Part shown: one piece after another, positions 26,849-40,458 of the stretch | How positions within the stretch are numbered: position 1 is the stretch's first letter | Layout: each line of letters opens with the position of its first letter | Source of the DNA: Nitriliruptorales bacterium | GTDB lineage: Bacteria > Actinomycetota > Nitriliruptoria > Euzebyales > Egibacteraceae | Length of the DNA stretch: 58,314 nucleotides | Assembly (NCBI GenBank): GCA_009379795.1 | Contig: WHTC01000001.1 | Coordinates: forward strand, 1-58,314 | Reading direction: 5' to 3' | Notes under the pieces: model-generated | What the model was told of the DNA's origin: nothing | Databases searched by the model: none | What the model saw: the letters and a program-made list of their open reading frames with translations, nothing else | Program-made: the position numbers and the translations under genes

Positions 26849-27927
26849 GATCTGCTCCCGGCCATCACCAGCGCGTCCGGGGAGGCCGCCGGCATCTCGT
26901 GGCCGGGGGCCTGGCGGTAGGCCAGGATCGTCTGCAGCGCGAGCGCCACCCAGATCCAACTGGCCACCGTCAAGTGGGCGATCACCACCAGCGACGCCGT
27001 GCCGGTCGCGAGGTTGACCACACCGATCACGACCTGCAGCAGCACCAGCCCGGCGGCGATCGCCGGCAGCCGCCGCAACCAGCCGGCGGCCCCGGCGGCT
27101 CGCGCCTCACGGACCAGCCACAGGACGGCCAGGACGAGGACCCCGGCCAGGATCCGATGCCCCACATTGAACCACTGGGACTCGGTCTCCATGGGGGTCA
27201 GCGCCGTCACCCCGAGCAGCGGCCGGTCCACGAACACCAGACCCGCTCCCACCCCGGTGACGTGCCCGCCGACCAGGATCTGGACGAACGTCAGCGCGGC
27301 GACAGCCAGGCAGACACGCGCCAGGCGCAGGTCAGGAGCGGCAGCCCGGTGATGGCGGGGAGGCAGGGTGGCGTGCACGGTGATGTACAGCAGGCAGGCG
27401 ACCACGGTCATGGCCATGCCCAGGTGCGCGGTGACCAACTCGGCCCGGAGCAGGTGCAGCACCACAAGCGCCCCGAGCCCCGCCTGCACGATCACCGCAA
27501 CGGCGGCGAGCACCGCCGACCACACGATGGCCGGCCGGTCCCGGTAGCGGAGCAGCGCCCAGCCCAGTTGCGCGGCGATCAGCAGCCCGACGGCACCGGC
27601 GAGCAGGCGGTGGCTGTGCTCGAGCCAGACGTGGAAATCCCGCGCGGGAAGGAAGTCGCCGGCGGTGAAGCAGCCCGGCCAGGTGGGGCACGCCAGTCCC
27701 GCCTCGAAGGCCCGCACGGCCCCACCTAGAGCCACCAGGATGAGGCACAGCACCGTGGTGACCGCGGCCAATCGCGCGAAGCCGTTCAGGGGGAGGCGGG
27801 GGGATCGGGACGCGGGTTGGGCCACTGGCACCTCGAGCGACGCGTCGCCGGCATGCAGGCACTGGACATCGCCGGACGACGATAGCGTGGGCGCTGCGCG
27901 CGGGGGCAGGCACCCGACGGCGGACAC
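26845..27927 (-). CDS. ctaA: heme A synthase (COX15/CtaA family)
   Basis: ..GGAVRAFEAGLACPTWPGCF.. and multiple His-containing TM helices. The true start may be an internal GTG near 27825-27831. Confidence 0.8.
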   Translation of the reverse strand: MSAVGCLPPRAAPTLSSSGDVQCLHAGDASLEVPVAQPASRSPRLPLNGFARLAAVTTVLCLILVALGGAVRAFEAGLACPTWPGCFTAGDFLPARDFHVWLEHSHRLLAGAVGLLIAAQLGWALLRYRDRPAIVWSAVLAAVAVIVQAGLGALVVLHLLRAELVTAHLGMAMTVVACLLYITVHATLPPRHHRAAAPDLRLARVCLAVAALTFVQILVGGHVTGVGAGLVFVDRPLLGVTALTPMETESQWFNVGHRILAGVLVLAVLWLVREARAAGAAGWLRRLPAIAAGLVLLQVVIGVVNLATGTASLVVIAHLTVASWIWVALALQTILAYRQAPGHEMPAASPDALVMAGSRS

Positions 27928-28145
27928 CGACAGTGTAGTCCCCCAGGTCAGCGGGTCGCCGCTTGTGAATGGGTGGCTTGGCCAGGCTCACCGCCATCCG
28001 AACTGGCCGCACGACGTAGACTTCTGCACTCCTTCGCCGGCTGGAGGGGCTGCATGATGCGCCTTCCGCCGGCCGGTGCTCAGGATCGCACCCCCGCCAC
28101 CCCACCTGCCCCGCCCACCGAGAATCGGAGCGAAGGAGCACGCTC

Positions 28146-30206
28146 GTGAGCGATACCGACCGGCAAGCCCCGGAGGACGCCGACGCGTCGACCGCTGAGG
28201 ACCTCGAACTCCTGGCGATCAACACCATCCGGGCAGTGTCGATGGACGCCGTGGAGCAGGCCAACTCCGGTCACCCCGGCACCCCAATGGCCCTGGCGCC
28301 GCTCGCCTACCTGCTGTTCACGCGCCATCTGGTGCACGATCCCGGCGACACGTCCTGGCCGGACCGCGACCGGTTCGTCCTGAGCGCCGGGCATGCCTCG
28401 ATGCTGCAGTACTCGCTGCTGCACCTGACGGGATATGACCTGTCGCTCGACGACCTGAAGGAGTTCCGGCAACTGCACTCACGCACGCCGGGTCACCCCG
28501 AGAACTTCCTCACCGAGGGCGTCGAGGTCACCACCGGTCCGCTGGGTCAGGGCTTCGGGAACGCGGTCGGCCTCGCGCTGGCCGAGCGGCTGCTCGCGGC
28601 GCGCTTCAACCGCCCCGGCCACGAAATCGTCGACCACCGGACCTGGGTGATCGCCAGCGATGGTGACCTCATGGAGGGCGTGCAGGCGGAGGCGGCGAGC
28701 CTGGCCGGACACCTGGGACTGGAGAAGCTGATCGTCTTCTACGACGACAACAAGGTCACCCTTGACGGTCCCGCGGCGATGAGCTTCAGCGAAGACGTGG
28801 GCACGCGCTACGCCGCCTACGGTTGGCGCGTACTCGGCGTGGAGGATGTCAACGACCTCGACACCCTGGACGCGGGGATGAAGGAGGCGGCAAGCCCCGA
28901 CAGCCGCCCCACCCTGGTGCGGGTGCGCTCGGTCATCGGGTACGGAGCGCCGACCAAGGCCAACAGCCACAAGGCACATGGCTCGCCACTGGGCGCCGAC
29001 GAGGTCGCGGGGGCCAAGCAGGCCCTGGGCTGGCCCTTCACCGACCCGTTCACGGTGCCCGAGGAGGTCCGGCGGCACATGGACCAGTCCGAACGTGGGG
29101 CGGCCGCCTCGCAGGACTGGCAGCGCCGCCTCGTGGCCTACCGTGAGGCCTGCCCCGACCTGGCGGAGGAGTTCGAGCGCCGCATGGACGGGCGCCTTCC
29201 CGAAGGCTGGGACGAAGGCCTGCCGAGCTTCGACACCGGTGCCCAGATCGCCACCCGCAGGGCTTCCGGTCAGGTCATCAACGCGATCGCGCCGAGGATG
29301 CCGGAGTTGATCAGCGGCTCGGCGGACCTGTCGTCGTCCAACAGTTCGCCGATCACCGGCGCCGGCGCAATCGAGCGCGACGCCTTCTCCGGGCGCAACG
29401 TCAACTACGGCGTCCGCGAGCACGCGATGGGGGCGGCGCTCAATGGCATGACGGCGCATGGCGGGCTGCGGCCCTTCGGGGCCACGTTCCTCGTGTTCAC
29501 CGACTACCTGCGCCCGGCGATGCGCCTTTCGGCGATCATGAGCCTGCCGGTGGTCTATGTGATGACCCACGACTCGATCGGTCTGGGCGAGGACGGCACC
29601 ACGCACCAACCGGTCGAGCACCTGGCGATGAGCCGCGCGACGCCGAATCTGCACGTCCTGCGACCCGCCGACGCCCGGGAGGTCGCCGGGGCGTGGCGCC
29701 ACGCGCTCGCGCGCAGCGAGGGGCCGACGCTGCTGGCGCTGACTCGCCAGAACGTCCCGGTGCTCGACGGCACCGACATGGACCTGGTGAGCCGGGGCGC
29801 CTACGTGGTGGCGCCCGAGGACTCCGTCAACGGCGAGGACGATCCCGACGTGGTGCTGCTCGCCACGGGCAGCGAGGTCCATCTGGCGGTCGAGGCCGTC
29901 GAGATCCTGGCCGAGCAGGACGTCACCGCGAGAGCGGTGTCCATGCCGTCCTGGGAACTCTTCGAGGATCAGGATGACGACTATCTCGACGACGTGCTCC
30001 CTGAAGGGGTCCCAGTGCTGTCCGTCGAGGCTGCCTCCAGCTTCGGCTGGTCACGCTGGGCGGATGACCACATCGCCATCGACGAGTTCGGTGTGTCCGC
30101 GCCGGCTGCCGACCTGTTCGAGGAGTTCGGCTTCACCCCTGAGGCCGTTGCCGCCGCCGCGCTCGAGCTCCTCGAGGACAGCGAAGAGCGACAGGAGAGG
30201 CCATGA
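28146..30206 (+). CDS. tkt: transketolase
   Basis: ..[32 protein letters not shown].., ..GDGDLMEG..-like ..SDGDLMEGV.. and ..[16 protein letters not shown]... GTG start after a GAAGGAGC SD. Confidence 0.95.
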   Translation: MSDTDRQAPEDADASTAEDLELLAINTIRAVSMDAVEQANSGHPGTPMALAPLAYLLFTRHLVHDPGDTSWPDRDRFVLSAGHASMLQYSLLHLTGYDLSLDDLKEFRQLHSRTPGHPENFLTEGVEVTTGPLGQGFGNAVGLALAERLLAARFNRPGHEIVDHRTWVIASDGDLMEGVQAEAASLAGHLGLEKLIVFYDDNKVTLDGPAAMSFSEDVGTRYAAYGWRVLGVEDVNDLDTLDAGMKEAASPDSRPTLVRVRSVIGYGAPTKANSHKAHGSPLGADEVAGAKQALGWPFTDPFTVPEEVRRHMDQSERGAAASQDWQRRLVAYREACPDLAEEFERRMDGRLPEGWDEGLPSFDTGAQIATRRASGQVINAIAPRMPELISGSADLSSSNSSPITGAGAIERDAFSGRNVNYGVREHAMGAALNGMTAHGGLRPFGATFLVFTDYLRPAMRLSAIMSLPVVYVMTHDSIGLGEDGTTHQPVEHLAMSRATPNLHVLRPADAREVAGAWRHALARSEGPTLLALTRQNVPVLDGTDMDLVSRGAYVVAPEDSVNGEDDPDVVLLATGSEVHLAVEAVEILAEQDVTARAVSMPSWELFEDQDDDYLDDVLPEGVPVLSVEAASSFGWSRWADDHIAIDEFGVSAPAADLFEEFGFTPEAVAAAALELLEDSEERQERP

Positions 30207-31279
30207 ACCCGTTGCAGCGGTTGCAAGCGCTCGGTCAGTCCGTGTGGCTGGACTCGATCCGCCGCTCCTATCTCGAGCCCGACGGTTACCTGCCACGGCT
30301 GGTGATGGCGGGCGAGATCGACGGTCTGACCAGCAACCCGACGATCTTCGAGAAGGCGATGGAGACCGACGAGTCCTACAGGCCCGAACTCGACCGCCTG
30401 GCCGGGACCGACCCGCGCGAAGCGCTGTGGACGGTGATGAAGGCCGACGTGGCCGCGGCCTGTGATCTGTTCCTGCCGATGTACTCCGAATCGCAGGGCA
30501 CCAAGGGCTTCGTGTCGATCGAGCTCGACCCGTCCAAGGCGTTCGACACCGAGGAGACGGTCAGCGAAGGTCTGCTGATCTTCCGCGAGATGGAGCGCCC
30601 CAACCTGCTGGTCAAGGTGCCCGGAACCGAGCCAGGGCTGGAGGCCATCACCCGCCTGATCGCCGAGGGCGTGAACGTCAACGTCACGCTGCTGTTCTCG
30701 GTCGCCCGCTACGAGCGGGTGGCCGAGGCGTACCTCGAAGGGCTGCGGCGGCTGCGCAACGCTGGCGGAGACCTTTCCTCGGTGGCCAGCGTGGCCTCGT
30801 TCTTCGTCAGCCGCGTGGACAACAAGGTCGACGCGGTGCTCGGCGACGACCACCCGCGCCTGGCCACCGCGGCGATCGCCAACGCCCGGCTTGCCTACGC
30901 CTCCTTCAAGCGCATCTTCTCCAGCGCCGGCTGGGAGGAACTCGCCGCCGCCGGTGCGCGGGTCCAGCGCCCGCTGTGGGGGTCGACCTCGACCAAGAAC
31001 CCCGTCTATCCCGACACCCTGTACGTCGACGAGCTTGCAGGGCCGGACACGGTGAACACCATGCCGGAGTCGACCCTGGAGGCCGTCCGCGACCACGGCA
31101 CGACGGAGGATCGGCTGACCGGGACCGGCGGCGAGGCACGCCGCCAACTGGACCGCCTCGCCGAGGACGGCGTGGATCTCGACCAGATCACCAAGGAGTT
31201 GGAGAGCGAAGGCGTGGAGAAGTTCATCGCCTCCTTCGAAGCGGCGGTCGAGGCGATGTCCCGGGCGAAGCCGGACTGA
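30203..31279 (+). CDS. tal: transaldolase (long actinobacterial type)
   Basis: [21 protein letters not shown].., ..GFVSIELDP.. and ..NLLVKVPGT... The ATG overlaps the tkt stop (ATGA). Confidence 0.95.
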   Translation: MNPLQRLQALGQSVWLDSIRRSYLEPDGYLPRLVMAGEIDGLTSNPTIFEKAMETDESYRPELDRLAGTDPREALWTVMKADVAAACDLFLPMYSESQGTKGFVSIELDPSKAFDTEETVSEGLLIFREMERPNLLVKVPGTEPGLEAITRLIAEGVNVNVTLLFSVARYERVAEAYLEGLRRLRNAGGDLSSVASVASFFVSRVDNKVDAVLGDDHPRLATAAIANARLAYASFKRIFSSAGWEELAAAGARVQRPLWGSTSTKNPVYPDTLYVDELAGPDTVNTMPESTLEAVRDHGTTEDRLTGTGGEARRQLDRLAEDGVDLDQITKELESEGVEKFIASFEAAVEAMSRAKPD

Positions 31280-31323
31280 CCACGGCACGCCGCGTTCGTC
31301 TTGCAAGTTGTTATACTTCCTGT

Positions 31324-31569
31324 ATGACGACGGTGGCTGTGCGCTTGCCTCCAGAACTGGTGGCAGAGGTCGATCGACTTGTGGCTGAGGGCGTGTACCG
31401 CACGCGGAGCGAGGCGTTCCGGACTGCCCTGGAAAACCTGATCGAAGCTCAGCGCCGCCGCGCGTTCGACGAGTCCATCATCACCGGCTATACGCGGTTC
31501 CCCCCGATTGAGCCGGACGCCGAGACGATCGCGCTGGCGATCCGATCGATCGAGGAAGAGGCATGGTGA
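31324..31569 (+). CDS. ribbon-helix-helix (CopG-like) antitoxin
   Basis: 81 aa. MTTVAVRLPPELVAEVDRLVAEGVYRTRSEAFRTALENLI.. is a classic RHH fold signature. It overlaps the toxin gene by 7 nt. Confidence 0.75.
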   Translation: MTTVAVRLPPELVAEVDRLVAEGVYRTRSEAFRTALENLIEAQRRRAFDESIITGYTRFPPIEPDAETIALAIRSIEEEAW

Positions 31570-31874
31570 AGCGCGGGGACGTGTGGTGGGCTGAGTCACC
31601 TCAGGGGCGCCGACGCCCGTACCTGGTGCTGACGCGCGACGCCGCGATCACCGTACTGCACAGTGTGCTCGCAGTGCCCTCCACCAGAACCGTCCGCGGC
31701 ATCCCTACCGAGGTGCGGCTCGACGTCGAGGACGGCATGCCGGAGCCCTGCGTGCTCACCCTGGACAACCTGACGCTCATGCCGAAGGCGTTCCTCGTCG
31801 AGCGGATCTGCGACCTGGGGCCGGGCCGGATGGCCGAGGTCTGCTTCGCCCTTGGCGTGGCGGTCGACTGCTGA
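31563..31874 (+). CDS. mazF: PemK/MazF-family type II toxin (endoribonuclease)
   Basis: 103 aa. MVKRGDVWWAE....RRRPYLVLTRD..AVPSTRT.RG.PTEV......G.PEPCVLTLDNL matches the MazF/PemK sequence pattern. Confidence 0.8.
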   Translation: MVKRGDVWWAESPQGRRRPYLVLTRDAAITVLHSVLAVPSTRTVRGIPTEVRLDVEDGMPEPCVLTLDNLTLMPKAFLVERICDLGPGRMAEVCFALGVAVDC

Positions 31875-31898
31875 CCACGACCGGTGAGGTAGCGCTGC

Positions 31899-32501
31899 TT
31901 ATTCGGCGTGACTGCCCCAATGGTTGCGGTGCACCACCTCGTGCATCGGCCGCCGGCCTCGGGCGAGGGAGGAGGAGCGGCGATCGGGCGCAGGGTAGCC
32001 AATGGTCACGACCCCCAGCGGAACGACATCCTGCGGCACGCCGAGCAGATCCCGCACCCCGTCCCGATCGGCCAGGTCGAGCAGACCGGAGGACAGGCCT
32101 TCATCCACGGTGGCCAGCAGCAGCAGCATGAGCGCGAGGCCGCCGTCGACCCACCACCAGGGCACCTCCCAGTCAGCCGGTGGGCGGGAGGCACGCTTGT
32201 CCGGTTCGGCGTAGCGCTCGTGGTAGGCCTTCTCCCGCACGCAGGGGACCACCAGTACCGGGGCGGTGGAGACCCAGCGGGGCAGTCCCCGGCCGACGGC
32301 GGCGGCCTCGCCGCAGCAGTTGGCGACCGCCGCGCGCAGGTTGGAGTCGGTGATGACCACGAACGACTGTCCCTGGGAGAAGCCGGCACTGGGAGCCTGC
32401 CGGGTGGCGGCCATGACGCGGTCGAGAACCTCCCCCTCAACCGTCTCCGGCGCGTACGCGCGCACCACGCGCCGGCGCCGCACCACCTCGGCGAACTCCA
32501 T
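31899..32501 (-). CDS. nitroreductase family protein
   Basis: The internal ATG at 32501 gives MEFAEVVRRRRVVRAYAPETVEGEVLDRVMAATRQAPSAGFSQGQSFVVI.. (nitroreductase N-terminal pattern). GGGGGA SD upstream. Confidence 0.8.
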   Translation of the reverse strand: MEFAEVVRRRRVVRAYAPETVEGEVLDRVMAATRQAPSAGFSQGQSFVVITDSNLRAAVANCCGEAAAVGRGLPRWVSTAPVLVVPCVREKAYHERYAEPDKRASRPPADWEVPWWWVDGGLALMLLLLATVDEGLSSGLLDLADRDGVRDLLGVPQDVVPLGVVTIGYPAPDRRSSSLARGRRPMHEVVHRNHWGSHAE

Positions 32502-32695
32502 CTGATCCCCCCTGCCCCGGCGGATGCGCTCGGCGCGCCATCCCCGCCGGCCCACCCAGCCTGCCCAGGTCGTGGCGCTGTTCCCGCAAATCCCCGCGGC
32601 GCCCAGCGCCGCCTGCTGACCGGTCCTGGCCGTACTGGATCCTCTCGGGGATCCAGCGGAGTGAGGAGTCCCAGCCAGGCACCTGGGCCGGCACA

Positions 32696-32809
32696 TCAGT
32701 CGGCCCGCGGGTCGCGGCCGGCACGGGCCGCCCACAGCAGGCTCGCACCGAGCCCGCCCCAGATGACGGTCATCCCGATCACCATCATGACGATCGCGCT
32801 GCCACTCAT
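32696..32809 (-). CDS. metS: MetS-like small subunit of a methionine/alanine NSS importer (37 aa, not in the ORF track)
   Basis: ATG at 32807-32809 overlaps the TGA of the upstream reading frame (ATGA), with a CAGGAGG SD upstream. It encodes the single-TM peptide [37 protein letters not shown]. This resembles the small subunit found after MetP-type NSS transporters in corynebacteria. Confidence 0.6.
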   Translation of the reverse strand: MSGSAIVMMVIGMTVIWGGLGASLLWAARAGRDPRAD

Positions 32810-33208
32810 CTGCCTACCTCCTGCCGCGCCGCGGCATCGGCTTTCTCGGTATGCGCGCTCAGGTCAAGGGTCCGCTTGTCCCAGGGACGCAGCGCCAGGA
32901 CGATGCCGGCCAGGACGATGCTGGCGAGGACGGCGCCGGCCAGGACGGCGCGGTGACCGACCACCCCGCGAACAGGTGTGGGCGATGGCGGTGCTGGCCC
33001 GCGGAAGCGGTGGCCGAGGGTGTATTCCAGTACCAGGACCGGCAGGCCCGCGGAGAGCAGCGCGACCAGATACGGGAGGAAGAACGCGCCGCCGCCGTTC
33101 GCGTAGGCCACGTAGGGGAAGGCGCCAGATGTTCCCGAGACCGATCGCGGAACCGACGGCCGCAATGATGAACCCCGCTCGGGTCCCCCACTCCTCGCGG
33201 TCCGCCAT
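32806..33208 (-). pseudogene. neurotransmitter:sodium symporter (NSS/SNF, MetP-like) remnant with a frameshift and a large internal deletion
   Basis: From ATG 33208: [30 protein letters not shown] 1-nt frameshift follows at about 33120, then [41 protein letters not shown] (NSS TM1-TM2). That joins at about 32980-33000 to a C-terminal tail ..[14 protein letters not shown]... About 400 nt remain where about 1.5 kb is expected. Confidence 0.7.
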
Positions 33209-33356
33209 CCGCACCCCCTCGCCGACCAGCCGGCATGACCGGGCACGCGAGGTGCGTACCCCACGGCTGGGGGCCGGCAAACGAACGCGAGGTCAGCTTG
33301 GGTGCACCTTGCCCAGCGCCCGTCCGGACAATTCCGAATGGACGTGAAAGGCCCGG

Positions 33357-35876
<2,520 letters not shown>

Positions 35877-35956
35877 GGGCTGTTCCTGGCGGTCGCTGCG
35901 TACGTGCGATGAGGCCCCCGCCGCGGCGGGGGCCTCATCGAAGCATATGTGGAGCG

Positions 35957-36400
35957 CTAGACCAGGGAGGCGTCGAGCGTGATCTCAAGGCCGCCGGCCA
36001 GTGCTTTGGAAACCGGGCAGCCTGCCTTGGCCTGCTCGGTGGCGGCGCGGAAGTCCTCCCGGGAGATGCCCGGCACGCTCGCGCGCAACGTGAGCGCCGA
36101 CTTCATGATCTGGAAGCCGCCCTCCTGGCGTTCGATGGTGACCACGGCGGAGGTCTCCAGGCGCTCGGGCGCGTGACCTCCCTTCCCCAGGATGTTGGAC
36201 AGCGCCATGGAGAAGCATGAGGAATGCGCCGCCGCGATCAACTCCTCGGGGCTGGTCTGCGGCCGGGCCTGCTCCTCGAAGCGTGCTGGCGCGGAGACCG
36301 CGAACGTCCCGCCCACCTGCGACGAATCCAGTGTGAACTCGCCCTTGCCGGACTGCAGGTCGCCCTGCCACACCGTGGTCGCCTTGCGGTCGATGGCCAT
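35957..36400 (-). CDS. osmC: OsmC family peroxiredoxin
   Basis: The internal ATG at 36400 gives [20 protein letters not shown]... The two conserved Cys lie in ..[11 protein letters not shown].. and ..[11 protein letters not shown]... Confidence 0.85.
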   Translation of the reverse strand: MAIDRKATTVWQGDLQSGKGEFTLDSSQVGGTFAVSAPARFEEQARPQTSPEELIAAAHSSCFSMALSNILGKGGHAPERLETSAVVTIERQEGGFQIMKSALTLRASVPGISREDFRAATEQAKAGCPVSKALAGGLEITLDASLV

Positions 36401-36610
36401 GCTGCACTCTCCCCTGTGATTTTGCGGACTCATGATCAGCCACGGGTGTATCCGCTGCGCCCGCGAAACGAAAGTGACCGGGCCGTCCACCGGGAACGCT
36501 GGCGGCAGGAGGCAAAGACGGACCCCACCGGGTAGAGGTCCCCCTGACTCTCCTCCGGGTGGGCGCTGGCTCGCCCCGGCCTTCATCCGACTGACAGTAC
36601 GGCGGGTGCG

Positions 36611-36961
36611 TTACGGCTCGCCGCGCTCGCGACGCTCCTCCTCCTCGAAGTGGTCGTCGCCGTAGTCCCGTTCCTCCTCCTCGATGTCCGCGGGAGGGTC
36701 GTCGCCGTAGTCCCGGGCGAACTGCTTGCCCGAGCCCTCGGGGACGCGCTCACCGCGCAGAACCTGGGAGGGCTCCTCCACCACGAGGTGTTCGTCCACG
36801 GAGTCATCGCCGACCCCTCGACCGAACTGCTTGCCCGAGCCCTCGGGAATCAGTTCGTCATCAACGGCGTCGTCCGCCTCGTCACGGTCGGCCCGGTACG
36901 CCCCCTCGCGGGCGGTCTCCTCCAGCGGGTTGTGTCGGTCGTGCCGTGGATCCTGATCCAT
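36611..36961 (-). CDS. small, highly acidic repeat-containing hypothetical protein (116 aa)
   Basis: ATG at 36961 after an AAGGGG SD, with strong third-position GC bias. Internal in-frame repeats PEGSGKQF x2 and RDYGDD x2. Confidence 0.6.
   Translation of the reverse strand: MDQDPRHDRHNPLEETAREGAYRADRDEADDAVDDELIPEGSGKQFGRGVGDDSVDEHLVVEEPSQVLRGERVPEGSGKQFARDYGDDPPADIEEEERDYGDDHFEEEERRERGEP
36653..36847 (-). repeat. in-frame direct DNA repeats inside the acidic protein gene
   Basis: 25-nt perfect repeat CGAACTGCTTGCCCGAGCCCTCGGG at 36718-36742 and 36823-36847, 105 bp apart. 18-nt perfect repeat GTCGTCGCCGTAGTCCCG at 36653-36670 and 36698-36715, 45 bp apart. Confidence 0.85.
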
Positions 36962-37059
36962 GCCGCAACCCCTTGATCGGCGGACACCCGGTCTACCCAG
37001 GGGTCGGGGTCGCGTAACCGATCGTGTCCAGTGGGCCACGGACAGACACGGCACCCGGA

Positions 37060-39039
<1,980 letters not shown>

Positions 39040-39088
39040 TCAGTCCCCCGACCATAGAAGACCCGCCTTGTCCGCGATCTGGAAGCCG

Positions 39089-39107
39089 CCGCGGCCGGGG
39101 GCCGCGG
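39089..39107 (-). terminator. short GC hairpin immediately after the small membrane protein gene
   Basis: CCGCGGCC (39089-39096) pairs with GGCCGCGG (39100-39107) across a GGG loop, adjacent to the stop at 39109-39111. There is no U-tract. Confidence 0.3.
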
Positions 39108-39108
39108 A

Positions 39109-39306
39109 TCAGCGCAGCAGCACGACCGCGACCAGGAGCAGCACCACCGCGAACGCGACCACGATCGCCAGGGTCCGCACGGGAAGGCCGCCCGCGGCGG
39201 GGGCCGCGTCCTCGAAAGCCGACTCCTCGCTGCTGGCGAACTTACGGAACCGCTCGGTGTCGGCGCCGACATCGTGGCTCTCATCGTGGCGCAGTTCGTC
39301 GCTCAT
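39109..39306 (-). CDS. small tail-anchored membrane protein (65 aa), hypothetical
   Basis: Acidic N-terminus followed by one C-terminal TM helix (LAIVVAFAVVLLLVAVVLL). Nearly all codons end in G or C. Confidence 0.55.
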   Translation of the reverse strand: MSDELRHDESHDVGADTERFRKFASSEESAFEDAAPAAGGLPVRTLAIVVAFAVVLLLVAVVLLR

Positions 39307-39369
39307 AACCGCCGGAGCCTACCGGGCAGCCCCCACGCGGGGGGTGTACAGATTGCCAGGGTAACGCGG

Positions 39370-40452
39370 TCAGGTGCTCAGGAAGCGGGCCAGGGCAGCC
39401 CGGGCGGTGGCCAGGTTGGCCTCGGGCACGTACTCACCGGCCTGGTGGGCCTGAGCGGTGAGCCCGGGCCCGTAGTTCAGTGCCGGGACGCCGAGCGCCG
39501 AGAACCGAGCCACATCGGTCCACGCCTGCTTCGGCGCGATCGGCGCTCCCGCCGCGGCCAGGAAGGCGGCGACCAGGGGGTTCTCGCGGTAGGGACGACC
39601 GGCGGGCGCGCGATCGACCACCCGGATCTCGGCGCGCTCGCCGACGAAGGAGCCTACGTCCGCCGTAGCCTCGGCCAGCGTCTTGTCGGGGGCGAAGCGG
39701 TAGTTGAGGTTGATATCGAAGCGGTCCGGCACGACGTTACGGGCGTTGCGGGTACCTGCCTGCGTTGGCACGAGCACTTCCCGGTAGACCAGGCCGTCGA
39801 CCTCGACCTCCGTCAGCGACCGCTCATGCAACTCGCGGAGCAGGGGCCAAGCCTTGCTCAGGGCGTTCTCGCCGTGCCAGGGCCGGGCCGAATGTGCCGC
39901 CCGGCCGCCGAAGCGCAGCTCGGCGTGCAGCGCGCCCATGCAGCCCAACTGCACCTCGAGGTCGGTCGGCTCGAGCACCACCGCCAGGTCGGCGCTCCGC
40001 AACAGGTCGACCCGGTCGAGCAGGGCGCCGAGTTCGTTGTCCTCGTGCGGGCCCTCCTCGCGGGCGTACGCCACAAGGAGCACGCCGAACCGGCCTGCGC
40101 GCAGCGCAGGATCCTCGAAGCAGTCCATCGCCACGGCCAGCCCCGCCTTCATGTCGCTGGCGCCGCGGCCGACGATGCGGCCGCCGTCCCGGTGCGCCGC
40201 GCCGTCACCTGAAGCGAAGGGCACCACGTCGGTGTGACCGACCAGCAGCACAGTGGGCAGGCCAGCGCGTGGTTCACCGGCGACCACCGAGTCGCCGATG
40301 CGCCGGACCGCCTCACCCCGGGTCCGGTAGCGCTCGACCAGCCATGCGGCGATCGCCTGCTCCTGCCCGGTCACCGAGGGGAACGCGAGCAGGTCGAGCA
40401 GCAGGTCGCCGAGGCCCTTCGTGGGAGGTCGTCGGGTGGTCACAGGGGACAA
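39370..40452 (-). CDS. dapE: succinyl-diaminopimelate desuccinylase (M20 peptidase family)
   Basis: ..LLAFPSVTGQEQAIAAWL.., ..LLVGHTDVVP.., ..GRGASDMKAG.. and ..REEGP... It lies directly downstream of dapD. The start codon (TTG at 40452 or GTG at 40443) is uncertain. Confidence 0.8.
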   Translation of the reverse strand: MSPVTTRRPPTKGLGDLLLDLLAFPSVTGQEQAIAAWLVERYRTRGEAVRRIGDSVVAGEPRAGLPTVLLVGHTDVVPFASGDGAAHRDGGRIVGRGASDMKAGLAVAMDCFEDPALRAGRFGVLLVAYAREEGPHEDNELGALLDRVDLLRSADLAVVLEPTDLEVQLGCMGALHAELRFGGRAAHSARPWHGENALSKAWPLLRELHERSLTEVEVDGLVYREVLVPTQAGTRNARNVVPDRFDINLNYRFAPDKTLAEATADVGSFVGERAEIRVVDRAPAGRPYRENPLVAAFLAAAGAPIAPKQAWTDVARFSALGVPALNYGPGLTAQAHQAGEYVPEANLATARAALARFLST

Positions 40453-40458
40453 CGCGGC

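Noticed and set aside
31301-31317. A canonical -35/-10 promoter (TTGCAA ... TATACT) for the toxin-antitoxin operon.
   Set aside because: The two hexamers are only 5 nt apart, so they cannot act as a -35/-10 pair. Only the TATACT -10-like box, with possible leaderless expression, is retained as a remark.
33209-33356. A SAM riboswitch (SAM-I or SAM-IV) upstream of the MetP-like remnant.
   Set aside because: Only a vague ..CCGUGGGGUACGC.. resemblance exists. The ordered conserved segments of either class are absent as far as I can judge by eye. cmsearch would be needed to revisit this.
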